Shown here: positions 18,140 to 28,422 of the stretch, piece after piece | Numbering within the stretch: position 1 is the first letter of the stretch | Layout of the letters: every line of letters begins with the position of its first letter | DNA from: Eubacteriales bacterium | GTDB taxonomy: Bacteria > Bacillota > Clostridia > Oscillospirales > CAG-272 | Reading direction: 5' to 3' | DNA: 64,000 nucleotides | Assembly: GCA_045598385.1 (NCBI GenBank) | Contig: JAZLLY010000016.1 | Coordinates: forward strand, 146,000-209,999 | Notes under the pieces: generated by a model | Database searches by the model: none | Seen by the model: the letters and a program-made list of their open reading frames with translations, nothing else | What the model was told of the DNA's origin: nothing | Translations under genes and position numbers: made by a program

Positions 18140-19282
18140 TCAGTCTTCGATCCTTTCCGCGAGAGTAAGATGATACCGGCGGTAAAAGGATTCGTAATCC
18201 CCGGCGTCAAGCGCGTCACGGATCTTTTGCATAAGGTCGTTATAGAAATACAAATTGTGAAGAACGCAAAGGCGCATACCCAGCATTTCTTTCGCCTTGA
18301 GCAAATGACGGATATAGGATCTTGAATACGAACGGCAGGCGGGACAGTCGCATTTTTCGGAGATTGGTCTTCCATCCTCCGCGTATTTTTCGTTGAGAAT
18401 ATTCATCTTCCCGTCCCACGTAAAAAGATTGCCGTGTCGAGCGTTTCGGCTCGGCATGACGCAATCGAAGAAATCGACGCCGCGGTAAACGCCTTCCACG
18501 ATGTTCTGCGGCGTACCGACTCCCATGAGGTAACGCGGCTTGTCTTTCGGCATATACGGTTCGACGGTTTCTATGATATGATACATGGTCTCTGCATCCT
18601 CGCCGACGGCAAGTCCGCCGATCGCGTAACCGTCGCAGGGGATCTTTGCGGTCTGTATCATATTTTCAATTCTCAAATCCTCGTAAGTACCGCCCTGATT
18701 GATGCCGAAAAGCATCTGATTCGGATTGACGGTCCCCGGCTCTGCGTTGAGTCTGTCAAGTTCGGCACGGCAACGGCGCAGCCAACGGATCGTCCTTTCC
18801 TGAGAGGCCTTCACATAGGGATAAGGGGACGGATTTTCCACGCACTCATCAAACGCCATCGCGATCGTCGATCCGAGGTGCGATTGGATACGCATGGATT
18901 CTTCGGGACCCATAAAAATACGTTTTCCGTCAAAATGAGAGTTGAAAGCAACGCCCTCTTCCGTGATCTTACGGAGTTTGGCGAGAGAAAAGACCTGGAA
19001 CCCGCCGGAATCGGTCAGGATCGGTCTGTCCCACTTTATAAACTTATGGAGCCCACCCATCTTATAAATAAGTTCATCGCCCGGGCGAATATGCAAATGA
19101 TAAGTATTTGACAACTCAACTTGACATTTTACATCTTTTAAGTCATCTGTCGAGATGCCGCCTTTGATCGCTCCGGACGTTCCGACGTTCATAAAAACAG
19201 GGGTTTCTATGGTTCCGTGTACCGTTTCAAAACGACCGCGTCTTGCTTTTCCTTCGGTTTTTAATAGCGTAAAATTACTCAT
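18140..19282 (-). CDS. tgt: Queuine tRNA-ribosyltransferase (tRNA-guanine transglycosylase)
   Basis: TPVFMNVGTSGAIKG, ILTDSGGFQV, LFGINQGG and the zinc site CDCPACRSYSRSYIRHL are present. Confidence 0.96.
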   Translation of the reverse strand: MSNFTLLKTEGKARRGRFETVHGTIETPVFMNVGTSGAIKGGISTDDLKDVKCQVELSNTYHLHIRPGDELIYKMGGLHKFIKWDRPILTDSGGFQVFSLAKLRKITEEGVAFNSHFDGKRIFMGPEESMRIQSHLGSTIAMAFDECVENPSPYPYVKASQERTIRWLRRCRAELDRLNAEPGTVNPNQMLFGINQGGTYEDLRIENMIQTAKIPCDGYAIGGLAVGEDAETMYHIIETVEPYMPKDKPRYLMGVGTPQNIVEGVYRGVDFFDCVMPSRNARHGNLFTWDGKMNILNEKYAEDGRPISEKCDCPACRSYSRSYIRHLLKAKEMLGMRLCVLHNLYFYNDLMQKIRDALDAGDYESFYRRYHLTLAERIED

Positions 19283-21180
19283 TATTTTATCCTGTCAAAC
19301 TGTTTATCAAGATCTCTTTTTGTGAGGCGATATGCCACCGGTCTGCCGTGCGGACACACCGTAATATCGGGAATGGAAAGCAATTTTTCCACAAGCCAGC
19401 GAATCACCGCGGCGTCGTAAACGCGCCCGCCTTTGATAGCGGCTTTGCAGGCGATCTGATAAAGCGCCCTTTCCCTGCGTATCGCGTCCGTTAAAGCCGG
19501 ATCGCCGATGGCACTTACAGCAGAACTTGTCATATCCATAAACAGACTTTCTGCGTCCGTCACGGCAATACAGTCGGGAACGGCGGATACCGTCGCACCC
19601 TTTTCCGATACGTCAAAGGTAAATCCGACAGACTCAAAACTATCTTTCCACGCAAGAACGGCACCGACTTCGTCGGGTGTCAAAAGGACGGTGAAAGGCA
19701 AAAGCAGCATCTGCGACGCCACTCTGCCGTCTTTTTCTCTGCTCTTTTTCAGATCTTCGAAAATCACTCTTTCGTGCGCGGCGTGTTTGTCGATCAGATA
19801 CAGTTCGTCTGCCGTTTCGACGATCACGTAACAGTTGAATGCTTCTCCGACGATACGGTAATCCGGCAGATTTTTCGTTTCCGTTTCCGTAACGGTATTT
19901 TCGCGTACGGGGACTTCCGGCTTCGCCTCATGATACCGCTGTAAAACCGAAAGCGATTCTCTCGCCGTCATAGAGGATTTGTCGTCGCGGTAAGCCGGGG
20001 CGCTCGCGACACGCAAGGATCCGTTCGTCACGGATGCGCGTTCTCTTTGCGTATCGTATAAACGCTCTTTCGGAAATCCGACGTTTCTCTCTTTTATGAG
20101 GATCTGTTCGCCTGCCGTTTTTTCTCCGATCGGTACGAATGTCTGCAAAGGGTTCTGCGGTCTTCTCTCTATCTGAAAATCGGGGCGGTAACCACCCTTG
20201 ATCAGCGCCTCTCTGACGGTATAATACACGATTTCAAAAACAGGGCGTTCATCGGTGAATTTCACTTCCAGCTTGGCTGGATGTACGTTGACGTCAACGA
20301 CGGCGGGATTGATCTCGACAAAAAGCACACATGTCGGGAAACACTCGGGGGCTATATACGAAACGTATGCTTTTTCGACCGCCGCGCCGATCGTCAGACT
20401 TTTGACAAAACGTCCGTTGATGAAAATGTTTTCCATATTTCTGTTTTTTCTGGCGTTATCGGACCTGCCGATAAATCCGTGGACGCGGATACCGTTTGCG
20501 GTTCCGTCAACGGGGATCGTTTTGGATGCGAAATCTCTGCCGAGAACGGCATAGACCGTGTCCGAAAGATCGCCGTTTCCCGGTGTCCTGAACTTTTCTT
20601 CTCCGTCAACAAGCAATTGAATCGAAACGGACGGGGAGGAAAGCGCCACTTTTTCGACGAGCGCGGTGACGTTCATCGCCTCTGTCACGTCTTTCTTCAG
20701 AAATTTACGGCGCGCAGGCACGTTATAAAACAGATCCTCAACGACGACGGTGGTACCGTCCGCCGCTCCGACCTCTTCCACGTCGGCAACGATACCTGCT
20801 TCCGACGTCAGCATGGAACCGGTTTCGTCTTCTTTTCTTTTGGTAATGATCGTCATTTTGGAAACGGAAGAAATGGCGGCAAGCGCCTCTCCGCGGAATC
20901 CGAGCGTCATGATATGAGAAAGATCGTCAGCGTCCGTGATCTTACTGGTGGCGTGGCGTTTGAGTGCGACAGGAAGATCTTCCCTGCCGATACCGCATCC
21001 GTTATCCGAAACGCGGATGAGCGAAACGCCGCCGCGCTTGATCTCCGCGACGATATTCGTCGCTTTGGCGTCGATGGCATTCTCCAGAAGTTCTTTCAGA
21101 ACCGAGGACGGACGTTCGACCACCTCGCCGGCGGCGATCAGATTGGCAATCTCAAAACTGAGAACGTGAATGTTTCCCAT
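19282..21180 (-). CDS. mutL: DNA mismatch repair protein MutL
   Basis: NLIAAGEVVERPSSVLKELLENAIDA, VSDNGCGI and GFRGEALAAI form the GHKL ATPase N-terminus. The C-terminal dimerisation domain carries CPHGRP. Confidence 0.96.
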   Translation of the reverse strand: MGNIHVLSFEIANLIAAGEVVERPSSVLKELLENAIDAKATNIVAEIKRGGVSLIRVSDNGCGIGREDLPVALKRHATSKITDADDLSHIMTLGFRGEALAAISSVSKMTIITKRKEDETGSMLTSEAGIVADVEEVGAADGTTVVVEDLFYNVPARRKFLKKDVTEAMNVTALVEKVALSSPSVSIQLLVDGEEKFRTPGNGDLSDTVYAVLGRDFASKTIPVDGTANGIRVHGFIGRSDNARKNRNMENIFINGRFVKSLTIGAAVEKAYVSYIAPECFPTCVLFVEINPAVVDVNVHPAKLEVKFTDERPVFEIVYYTVREALIKGGYRPDFQIERRPQNPLQTFVPIGEKTAGEQILIKERNVGFPKERLYDTQRERASVTNGSLRVASAPAYRDDKSSMTARESLSVLQRYHEAKPEVPVRENTVTETETKNLPDYRIVGEAFNCYVIVETADELYLIDKHAAHERVIFEDLKKSREKDGRVASQMLLLPFTVLLTPDEVGAVLAWKDSFESVGFTFDVSEKGATVSAVPDCIAVTDAESLFMDMTSSAVSAIGDPALTDAIRRERALYQIACKAAIKGGRVYDAAVIRWLVEKLLSIPDITVCPHGRPVAYRLTKRDLDKQFDRIK

Positions 21181-21189
21181 GGTTTCTCC

Positions 21190-23814
21190 TTAATCGGAAA
21201 TGCTTTTTTTCAGTTCAAACAGAAAATTCATGGCTTCGATAGGCGTCATGGTATTGAAATCCGCTTTCCGGATCTTGTCCACGATCTCGGAATCCCTCGA
21301 CGCGAGCATCTCGGTAAAGAGATCCACGGTTTCCCCCTTTGAAGCCGTGCCGTTTTTCGCGGTTGTGTGAACGCCTGCCTCGATCTCCGTTAAAATCTCC
21401 TTGGCGCGTTTTGTGACCTCACCCGGAACTCCCGCCAGTTTGGCAACTTCAATTCCATAAGAATCGTCGGTGCCGCCTCTGACGATTTTCCGAAGAAAAA
21501 CAATGCCGTCTCCGCGTTTTTTCGCGGCGATATTGTAATTGACGATACCGGGACAGTCATCCTCCATAGCCGTCAGCTCGTGGTAATGGGTGGCAAAGAG
21601 CGTCTTTGCTCCGATCTTTTTGGAAAGCGTGTATTCGACGACGGCTTTCGCGATCGCCATACCGTCGTAAGTGCTGGTGCCTCTTCCCACTTCATCGTAA
21701 ACGATGAGGGAACGGCGCGTGGCGTTTTTGAGAATATTGGCGACTTCGTTCATTTCCAGCATGAAAGTGGATTGTCCGGACGCCAGATCGTCGGAAGCGC
21801 CGATCCTTGTAAACACCTTGTCCACGATGCCGATCTTCGCTTCTCTCGCCGGAACGAAAGAGCCGATCTGTGCCATGATCGTGATGAGCGCGACCTGCCG
21901 CATATAGGTGGATTTTCCCGCCATGTTCGGGCCGGTTATGATCATCAGTCTGTTACTATCCGTGTCAAGGGACGTATCGTTGGGAACGAAATAACTGTCC
22001 GTGACGAATTTTTCAACGACGGGATGACGTCCGTCGCGGATGGTCAGTTCTGTCGAAAGATCGACTTCGGGACGCACGTAATTGTTTTTTCCCGCGACTT
22101 CTGCGAAAGACCGGTAAACGTCGAGCTCGGCGACCAGAGCCGCGGCTTTTCGTATTCTCGTACTGTTTTTCGCGACTTCTTCACGCAGTTCGGTAAAAAG
22201 ATCAAACTCAAGAGCAACGATCTTTTCTTCGGCACCGAAGATGGTGTTTTCCATCTCCTTCAGTTCATCGGTAATATATCTTTCGCAGTTGGTAAGGGTC
22301 TGTTTTCTGACGTAACGCGGCGGCACGTCGTTGATAAACGATTTCGATACTTCAATATAGTAGCCGAACACTTTGTTATAATCGACTCTGAGGGTTCGTA
22401 TCCCGGTTTCGTCTTTTTCCCTCTCTTCGATTCCCGCCATAATCTCGGCACCGTTGTTTTTGATATCCCGGTAATAGTCAAGATCTTTACTGAACCCTTC
22501 GCGGATCATGCTTCCCTCCCTCACGGTATAAGGAGGTGTATCGACAATGGCGCGCGAAAGAAGATCCGCGATATCGTCCACGGTATCGAATTTTTCATAA
22601 ATATCCTTGATATAAGACGCCGGCAGATCGGAAATCGTCTCCCGGATCGCGGGAAGACAGGATAAACTCTGTGCTATGGCGCGCAGATCCTTGGCGTTAG
22701 CAGTTCCGTAAACCGCTTTGGCGGTCAGGCGCTCAAGATCGAGCATGGAAGACAACAGTTCCGACAGATCCTCACTCTTGCGGCGATTGCGGTAAAAGTC
22801 CGAAACGGCATCCTGCCGTTTGGCGATCGCAACGGGATTCAGAAGCGGTTTCTGGATAAAGGACCGGAGCATTCTCGCGCCCATCGCCGTCTTGGTCTTA
22901 TCCAGTACCCAAAGGAGCGATCCCGTCTTCTCTTTCGTATGCATGGATTCCGTCAGTTCGAGATTGCGTTTGGTATTAAGGTCGATCTCCAGGAACTGAC
23001 CGTCTCCGTACACTTTCAACTCTTTTACAAAGGTGATCTCGGTTTTCTGCGTTTCCCGGATATAGAAGACGAGCGCACCCACGGCGAGGACAAGTTCCGC
23101 CTCGGCAAGTTTTCCCGCCTCTTCGCCAAAAACGTTTTCTACCGCGTTTTTGGAACCGTTATAATCGAAAAGCCGCGACGCACCGTAGGTCAGAAGCGCG
23201 GTGGAACGCTCACGCAGAAATGCGTCGAGTTCGCCGCATTCTCCCTCTTTCGCGTTTGTCACGATCTCTGCGGGCAGAAATGTTCCGATCTCGTTTTCCA
23301 GTCTTTTCCTGTCTTCTCCGGCGATAAATGTAGCGGAGACCTCACCGGTCGAAACGTCAACGAATCCGAGACCTATCCCGGCTTTTCCGAAAAACACGGA
23401 ACAGAGATAATTGTTTTTTGTTTCGTTCAGAAGCGAAGCATCGGTGATGGTTCCGGGTGTGACGACGCGGATCACGTCGCGTTTGACGAGTCCGACAGCG
23501 CTCTTCGGATCTTCGACCTGTTCACAGATCGCGACCTTATAGCCCTTTTCCACCAATTTTCCGACGTAAACGTCGGCTTTATGGAACGGCACGCCGCACA
23601 TGGCGGCACGTTTTCCGTCTCCGCAGTCGCGTCCCGTCAAAGTCAATTCCAGTTCCCGCGATGACGTTACGGCGTCCTCGAAAAAGCATTCGTAAAAATC
23701 GCCGAGGCGGTACATAAGGATATATTCCGCGTACTGCTCTTTGATTTCAAGATACTGCCCCATCATCGGGGTAACGGTCTCAAGATCGCTTCTTTTCTCA
23801 ATGGTATCAGACAT
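21190..23814 (-). CDS. mutS: DNA mismatch repair protein MutS
   Basis: TPMMGQYLEIKEQY, FYECFFEDA, Walker A GPNMAGKSTYMRQ, STFMLEM and DEVGRGTSTYDG are present. Confidence 0.97.
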   Translation of the reverse strand: MSDTIEKRSDLETVTPMMGQYLEIKEQYAEYILMYRLGDFYECFFEDAVTSSRELELTLTGRDCGDGKRAAMCGVPFHKADVYVGKLVEKGYKVAICEQVEDPKSAVGLVKRDVIRVVTPGTITDASLLNETKNNYLCSVFFGKAGIGLGFVDVSTGEVSATFIAGEDRKRLENEIGTFLPAEIVTNAKEGECGELDAFLRERSTALLTYGASRLFDYNGSKNAVENVFGEEAGKLAEAELVLAVGALVFYIRETQKTEITFVKELKVYGDGQFLEIDLNTKRNLELTESMHTKEKTGSLLWVLDKTKTAMGARMLRSFIQKPLLNPVAIAKRQDAVSDFYRNRRKSEDLSELLSSMLDLERLTAKAVYGTANAKDLRAIAQSLSCLPAIRETISDLPASYIKDIYEKFDTVDDIADLLSRAIVDTPPYTVREGSMIREGFSKDLDYYRDIKNNGAEIMAGIEEREKDETGIRTLRVDYNKVFGYYIEVSKSFINDVPPRYVRKQTLTNCERYITDELKEMENTIFGAEEKIVALEFDLFTELREEVAKNSTRIRKAAALVAELDVYRSFAEVAGKNNYVRPEVDLSTELTIRDGRHPVVEKFVTDSYFVPNDTSLDTDSNRLMIITGPNMAGKSTYMRQVALITIMAQIGSFVPAREAKIGIVDKVFTRIGASDDLASGQSTFMLEMNEVANILKNATRRSLIVYDEVGRGTSTYDGMAIAKAVVEYTLSKKIGAKTLFATHYHELTAMEDDCPGIVNYNIAAKKRGDGIVFLRKIVRGGTDDSYGIEVAKLAGVPGEVTKRAKEILTEIEAGVHTTAKNGTASKGETVDLFTEMLASRDSEIVDKIRKADFNTMTPIEAMNFLFELKKSISD

Positions 23815-23838
23815 AGTCGGCTCCTAATTATCAAAAAA

Positions 23839-24234
23839 TCAATGACAGCCCCCGCAGGTCGAACAGTCGTGCGTGCAATGTTCCGGGCGTTCTCCCGTGA
23901 TGCAGAATTTGATTTCGTCGTTCACGTTCGTCATCAGATCGTTCATCGCTTTTTGGGCATCGTTGAAAGCGGCATACAGGGGATTCGCAAGAATATCCCG
24001 TCCGAGTTCATCGAGACGCTTTTTCACGTTTTCGATGACGGAGATATCCTGTTCTTCTTCCGGCTTATTGAATTCTTCGCCCAAAAGTCTTCTTTCCGTC
24101 TCGTATTCCGAGAGCTTTGCCTGAAGCGCCGCGTCTTTTTCATAGGCGTTTTTCGTTTCTTCGAGATCTTTTATCTCTTTGCTTTTCGCGATCTCCACAC
24201 CGAGATTGTGCGCGAGTTCAATGATTTTTTCCAT
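23839..24234 (-). CDS. YlbF/YmcA-family regulator with C-terminal Cys cluster
   Basis: The 131-aa helical protein begins MEKIIELAHNLGVEIAKSKEIKDLEETKNAYEKDAALQAKLSEYE, typical of UPF0342/YmcA. Its position between miaB and mutS matches Bacillus ymcB-ymcA. It ends CTHDCSTCGGCH. Confidence 0.7.
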   Translation of the reverse strand: MEKIIELAHNLGVEIAKSKEIKDLEETKNAYEKDAALQAKLSEYETERRLLGEEFNKPEEEQDISVIENVKKRLDELGRDILANPLYAAFNDAQKAMNDLMTNVNDEIKFCITGERPEHCTHDCSTCGGCH

Positions 24235-24252
24235 TTCATTTCTCCTTTGGAT

Positions 24253-25647
24253 TTATATTGCCGTTCCCGTCAGGTCGAACGGGGACGCTTTTTCTATTCT
24301 CACGGTGACGAATTCACCGATACGGTTTTCTTCGGACTGAAAACGGACGAGTTTATTGTCCCTCGTCCTGCCGAGGTAATAACCTTCTCCCTCTCTGGCG
24401 TCGGAATCCACGAGAACGCGGACGTCCCTTCCGACGAAAGCCGCGTATTTCGCGTAGGTCTGCTCGTGCGAGAGTTCGAGAAGTCTTGCCATTCTCTCGT
24501 TTTTGATCTTTTCTTCCGTTTTATCTTCCATGTGGGCGGCTCGCGTCCCCTCGCGCGGAGAAAAGATAAAGGAAAAGATCCCGTCGAATCCGACGTCTTT
24601 CACGATTTGCAGCGTTTGTTCAAAATCCTCGTCCGTTTCGCTCGGGAAGCCGACGATGATATCCGTGGTCAAGGCAATATCCGGAACGGCGCGTCTCAGT
24701 TTTTCCACCGTTTCCAGGTATTTTTCACGGGTATAAGTCCTGTTCATCGCTTTCAGCACGGCGTTACTGCCGGACTGGAGCGGCAGATGGAAGCACGGCG
24801 CGATTTTCGGATAGTATTTTTTCATCGCGGCGATCAGCTCGTCCGACACGTCTTTCGGATGGCTCGTCATAAAACGGATGATAAAATCACCCGGTATCTC
24901 TGCCACCTCGGATATCAATTCGGCAAAAGAAACGTCGGCGCGGTAGGAATTGACGTTCTGCCCGAGCAGGGTGATCTCCTTATATCCCGAGGCAACGAGC
25001 TCTCGGCATTCTTTGAGAACGGCGGCGGAATCGCGGCTTCTCTCCCGTCCCCTTACGTAAGGAACGATACAATAGGAGCAGAAATTATTACAGCCGTACA
25101 TGACGGAAACCCACGCGCGGTGTTTTTGCGTTCTGACGGCTTCGATCCCCTCCGTCGCGATCTCTCCGTTATCCTCTCCGAAGATGAAGACACGGCGTTT
25201 TTCGAGCAAAGCGGAAAACAAAAGCTTCGGGAACAGGTGAAGCATATTCGGTTCAAGTGAAAATGAGACGTAAGGAAAACTCTTCTTGAGTTGCTCCGCA
25301 ATGTGCGGCTCCGCCGCCATACATCCGCAGACGGCGATGACGGTATCGGGATTTTTATCCTTGATCTTCTTATAGGATCCGATGAGGGAAAGCGCGCGGA
25401 GTTCCGCATGACGGCGGATGGCGCAGGTGTTGACGACGATGAGGTCGGCGTCCTCCGCACGGGCTGCCGGTCGGTAACCGCACGCCTCTGCCATGGCGCG
25501 TATTTTTTCGCTGTCCGCTTCGTTTTGCTGACAGCCGAGCGTTTCTACGTAATAGCCGACTTCACTCCGGGCAAGATAATTTTTCACGCCCGAAACGTAG
25601 CGTTCGTAAATGATTGTTGATTCATCCATAGTCTGATTCCGTTTCAA
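24253..25647 (-). CDS. miaB: tRNA-2-methylthio-N6-dimethylallyladenosine synthase MiaB
   Basis: LGCQQNEADSE (UPF0004 cluster), the radical-SAM CNNFCSYCIVPYVRGRERS, and a C-terminal TRAM domain. The start is either TTG 25647 (a TTGA overlap with the dxs stop) or ATG 25629. Confidence 0.95.
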   Translation of the reverse strand: MKRNQTMDESTIIYERYVSGVKNYLARSEVGYYVETLGCQQNEADSEKIRAMAEACGYRPAARAEDADLIVVNTCAIRRHAELRALSLIGSYKKIKDKNPDTVIAVCGCMAAEPHIAEQLKKSFPYVSFSLEPNMLHLFPKLLFSALLEKRRVFIFGEDNGEIATEGIEAVRTQKHRAWVSVMYGCNNFCSYCIVPYVRGRERSRDSAAVLKECRELVASGYKEITLLGQNVNSYRADVSFAELISEVAEIPGDFIIRFMTSHPKDVSDELIAAMKKYYPKIAPCFHLPLQSGSNAVLKAMNRTYTREKYLETVEKLRRAVPDIALTTDIIVGFPSETDEDFEQTLQIVKDVGFDGIFSFIFSPREGTRAAHMEDKTEEKIKNERMARLLELSHEQTYAKYAAFVGRDVRVLVDSDAREGEGYYLGRTRDNKLVRFQSEENRIGEFVTVRIEKASPFDLTGTAI

Positions 25648-27482
25648 GATTCAAAGTGCGATGCCAGTTTTTCGGCAGACAGTCCGACATGATCGTAAAG
25701 GTCGCAAAGCTCGGCAGGGACGGCAAAATCACCGATCGCCGCCGTTTCCGTTCTCGCGCCGTCCGCAAAAGCGTTCCGGTCGGAAAGAAGCGTCCGCAGG
25801 ATCATGGAGGCGCCTCCGTTTTCGATTCCCTCCTCGGCGAAGAGAATGTGACGGGCGTCCTTCAGATAGGGGATAAGCCGCTCTGCCGTCTTCTCATAAG
25901 GCGCAAGGGATTCGAGGAGAACGACGCCGGCGCCGATTCCCCGGCTTTCGAGAATCGCCTCTGCGTCGAGAGCGCGGCTGACCATAGTGCCGTAAGTCAC
26001 GATGACGTTTTCCGGCTTGGCAGACAGGTCGAAATCTGCGGAAATCCCGAAAGAATCACCGTGAAACCGGGCAAAAACGCGGGGATCTTCCGTCGCGTCC
26101 GGATAGCGGATGGCGACCGGGGTATCCATAGAGAGTGACGCGAGAATGGCGCGTTTGAGACTGTCAAAGGTGGCGGGCGCATAGATCGTCATCCCGGGAA
26201 TGCCGGAGAGAAACGCCACGTCAAAAATGCCGTGATGCGTCGCGCCGTCTCCGAGCGAGAGTCCCGTCCTGTCAATGATGAGTCTGACAGGCAGATTCTG
26301 CAGAGCGACGTCGTGAACGATATTGTCGTAACCTCTCTGAAGAAAAGTGGAATAGATAACGGCATACGGCTTCATCCCGGCGGCGGCAAGCCCCGCAGAA
26401 AAAGTCAGAGCGTGTTCCTCGGCGATACCGACGTCAAAATAGCGGTCGGGATAAGCCGTCTCAAAGGATTTCATCCCCGTTCCTATCCCCATGGCGGCGG
26501 TAACGACGGCAATTCTCGAATCGAGCGCGGCGGCGGCGTGAAGTTCTTTCGCAAAAACGCTGTGGAACGTCTCGACGGGCGCGTCGGTCTTGATACTGTG
26601 AAAGGTTTCCGGGGAGAGTTCCGCCGGAGGGTACCCGTACCCTTTTTTCGTCCTCACGTGGACGACGACGCAGCTGCCGAGGGCTTTTGCATTGGCGAGC
26701 GCGCGCTCTACGGCATGATAATCGTTTCCGTCTACCGGTCCGATATAATACATCCCGAGTTGTTCAAAATAGTTCATCGGATAGATCGCTTTTCGGATCG
26801 CGTCTCTCGTTTTTGAAAGCACACGGACAAGTCCTTTTCCGACGCGCGGGATCTTCAAAAGCGCCGCCTTGACGTTTCCTTTGAATCTGTGATACGGCGC
26901 GTAAACCCGCAGTTTCGCAAAAAGTTTGGCGAATGCCCCTTTATTCGGGGAAATGCACATCCCGTTCTCATTGAGGATGATGACAAGTTTCAGATTTTTT
27001 TTACAGTTGTTGAGCGCTTCGTGTATCATCCCGCCCGTATAAGCGCCGTCGCCTATGACGCAGACGGTATAATCGTCGCGCCCGAGAAGTTTGTCTGCCT
27101 CGGCAAAGCCGAGCGCCGCGGAAAGCGACGTGGAACTGTGACCGGCGCCGAAAGCGTCCGCTTCCCCCTCCCTTCGCGTCGTGAAGCCGGAAAGACCGCC
27201 GGGCTTTCTGAGGGTAAAAAACCGTTCGCGCCGTCCCGTCAGGATCTTATGAACGTACGCCTGGTGTCCGACGTCGAATATGAAGTGGTCGGAGGGACAG
27301 TCAAAAACGCGGTGCATCGCAACGGTAAGTTCTACCGCGCCGAGATTCGACGCGAGATGACCGCCGGTCTTCGGGATCTCACGGACGAGAAATCCCCGCA
27401 GCTCGGAGCAAAGCGTGACCGCTTCTTTCTCGGTCAGTTTTTTTACGTTTTCGGAACAACGAACGTCATTTAACAGACCCAT
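25644..27482 (-). CDS. dxs: 1-deoxy-D-xylulose-5-phosphate synthase
   Basis: GGHLASNLGAVELTVAMH, FDVGHQAYVHKILTGR and GDGAYTGGMIHEALNN (ThDP motif) are present. Confidence 0.96.
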   Translation of the reverse strand: MGLLNDVRCSENVKKLTEKEAVTLCSELRGFLVREIPKTGGHLASNLGAVELTVAMHRVFDCPSDHFIFDVGHQAYVHKILTGRRERFFTLRKPGGLSGFTTRREGEADAFGAGHSSTSLSAALGFAEADKLLGRDDYTVCVIGDGAYTGGMIHEALNNCKKNLKLVIILNENGMCISPNKGAFAKLFAKLRVYAPYHRFKGNVKAALLKIPRVGKGLVRVLSKTRDAIRKAIYPMNYFEQLGMYYIGPVDGNDYHAVERALANAKALGSCVVVHVRTKKGYGYPPAELSPETFHSIKTDAPVETFHSVFAKELHAAAALDSRIAVVTAAMGIGTGMKSFETAYPDRYFDVGIAEEHALTFSAGLAAAGMKPYAVIYSTFLQRGYDNIVHDVALQNLPVRLIIDRTGLSLGDGATHHGIFDVAFLSGIPGMTIYAPATFDSLKRAILASLSMDTPVAIRYPDATEDPRVFARFHGDSFGISADFDLSAKPENVIVTYGTMVSRALDAEAILESRGIGAGVVLLESLAPYEKTAERLIPYLKDARHILFAEEGIENGGASMILRTLLSDRNAFADGARTETAAIGDFAVPAELCDLYDHVGLSAEKLASHFES

Positions 27483-28311
27483 GACTTTTTCCTTTCTTGC
27501 GAACGGAAGAGACGGGCGACGTACCCGTTACCTTGACGAACGCGCGGTAAAACGCGGAGTAATCGGAAAACCCGACGCGGTAAGCGGCGGCAGCGGCAGT
27601 CTCCCCGGATTCCATCAGTTTTTTCGCGAGAAGAACGCGCTTATGCAGAAGATATTCGTGTATGGAGATGCCGTTATACGCCTTGAACGTTCGGCAAAGA
27701 TAGTATTTGCTGACAAAAAAATGCTTGGCGATCTCGTCAAGGGAAAGATTCTGCCCCGGTCTCTCGTTAAGAAAATCCAGAATACGGACGGCGAGTTCAC
27801 CGGAATCGGCTGACCGTCTGTCCGGCACCGCGGAAGAAAGCAAAACGATGATCTCCGACAGAACCGTCTTCGCGTACAGTTCCCTCTTTTCCGCCGGGAG
27901 TATATCGGCGTCGGCAAAACGTGAAAACGCACCGATCAGAGGTTCGATCACGTGCAGAGACGGAGAAAGGCGGCTGCCCCGCTCCCCGTCCGAAGCGCAA
28001 AGACTGCGAAGAAGATCCCGCATCTCGGAAGAGATCAGATTGTCGCGGAAACGAAGCGTAAAGCGATCGAAACAAGGAACTTTATCCGGCATCAGAGAAT
28101 GATACTCGTCCGGCAGGACCAACATGACGGTACCGGGCGAAAAGGAATACGTACAGCCCTCGACGAAAAAGCGTCCTTTACCCTCGACGACGAAAAAAAT
28201 CTCGTAACCGTCGTGAAAGCGAGAACCGCCGCATCCGTCTGTCACGAACGCATCCGTCTCGTGACGACATTCAAGATCTTCGGTCTTGATAAGAGTTACA
28301 GATCCCGGCAT
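27466..28311 (-). CDS. AraC family transcriptional regulator
   Basis: An N-terminal cupin-like region is followed by the C-terminal HTH LDEIAKHFFVSKYYLCRTFK...AAAAYRVGFSDYSAFYRAF. The ATG at 28311 is preceded by AAAGGAGACTGCTGAT. The gene's 3' end overlaps the dxs start by 17 nt. Confidence 0.85.
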   Translation of the reverse strand: MPGSVTLIKTEDLECRHETDAFVTDGCGGSRFHDGYEIFFVVEGKGRFFVEGCTYSFSPGTVMLVLPDEYHSLMPDKVPCFDRFTLRFRDNLISSEMRDLLRSLCASDGERGSRLSPSLHVIEPLIGAFSRFADADILPAEKRELYAKTVLSEIIVLLSSAVPDRRSADSGELAVRILDFLNERPGQNLSLDEIAKHFFVSKYYLCRTFKAYNGISIHEYLLHKRVLLAKKLMESGETAAAAAYRVGFSDYSAFYRAFVKVTGTSPVSSVRKKGKSHGSVK

Positions 28312-28422
28312 ATCAGCAGTCTCCTTTCGCACGCATATTATTTCAAAATAAAGTATAACACACGCGGGCAATTTTTGCAATAGTCAAAATGAAGAATATT
28401 TGTTCGTTTTTTTCATAAATCC

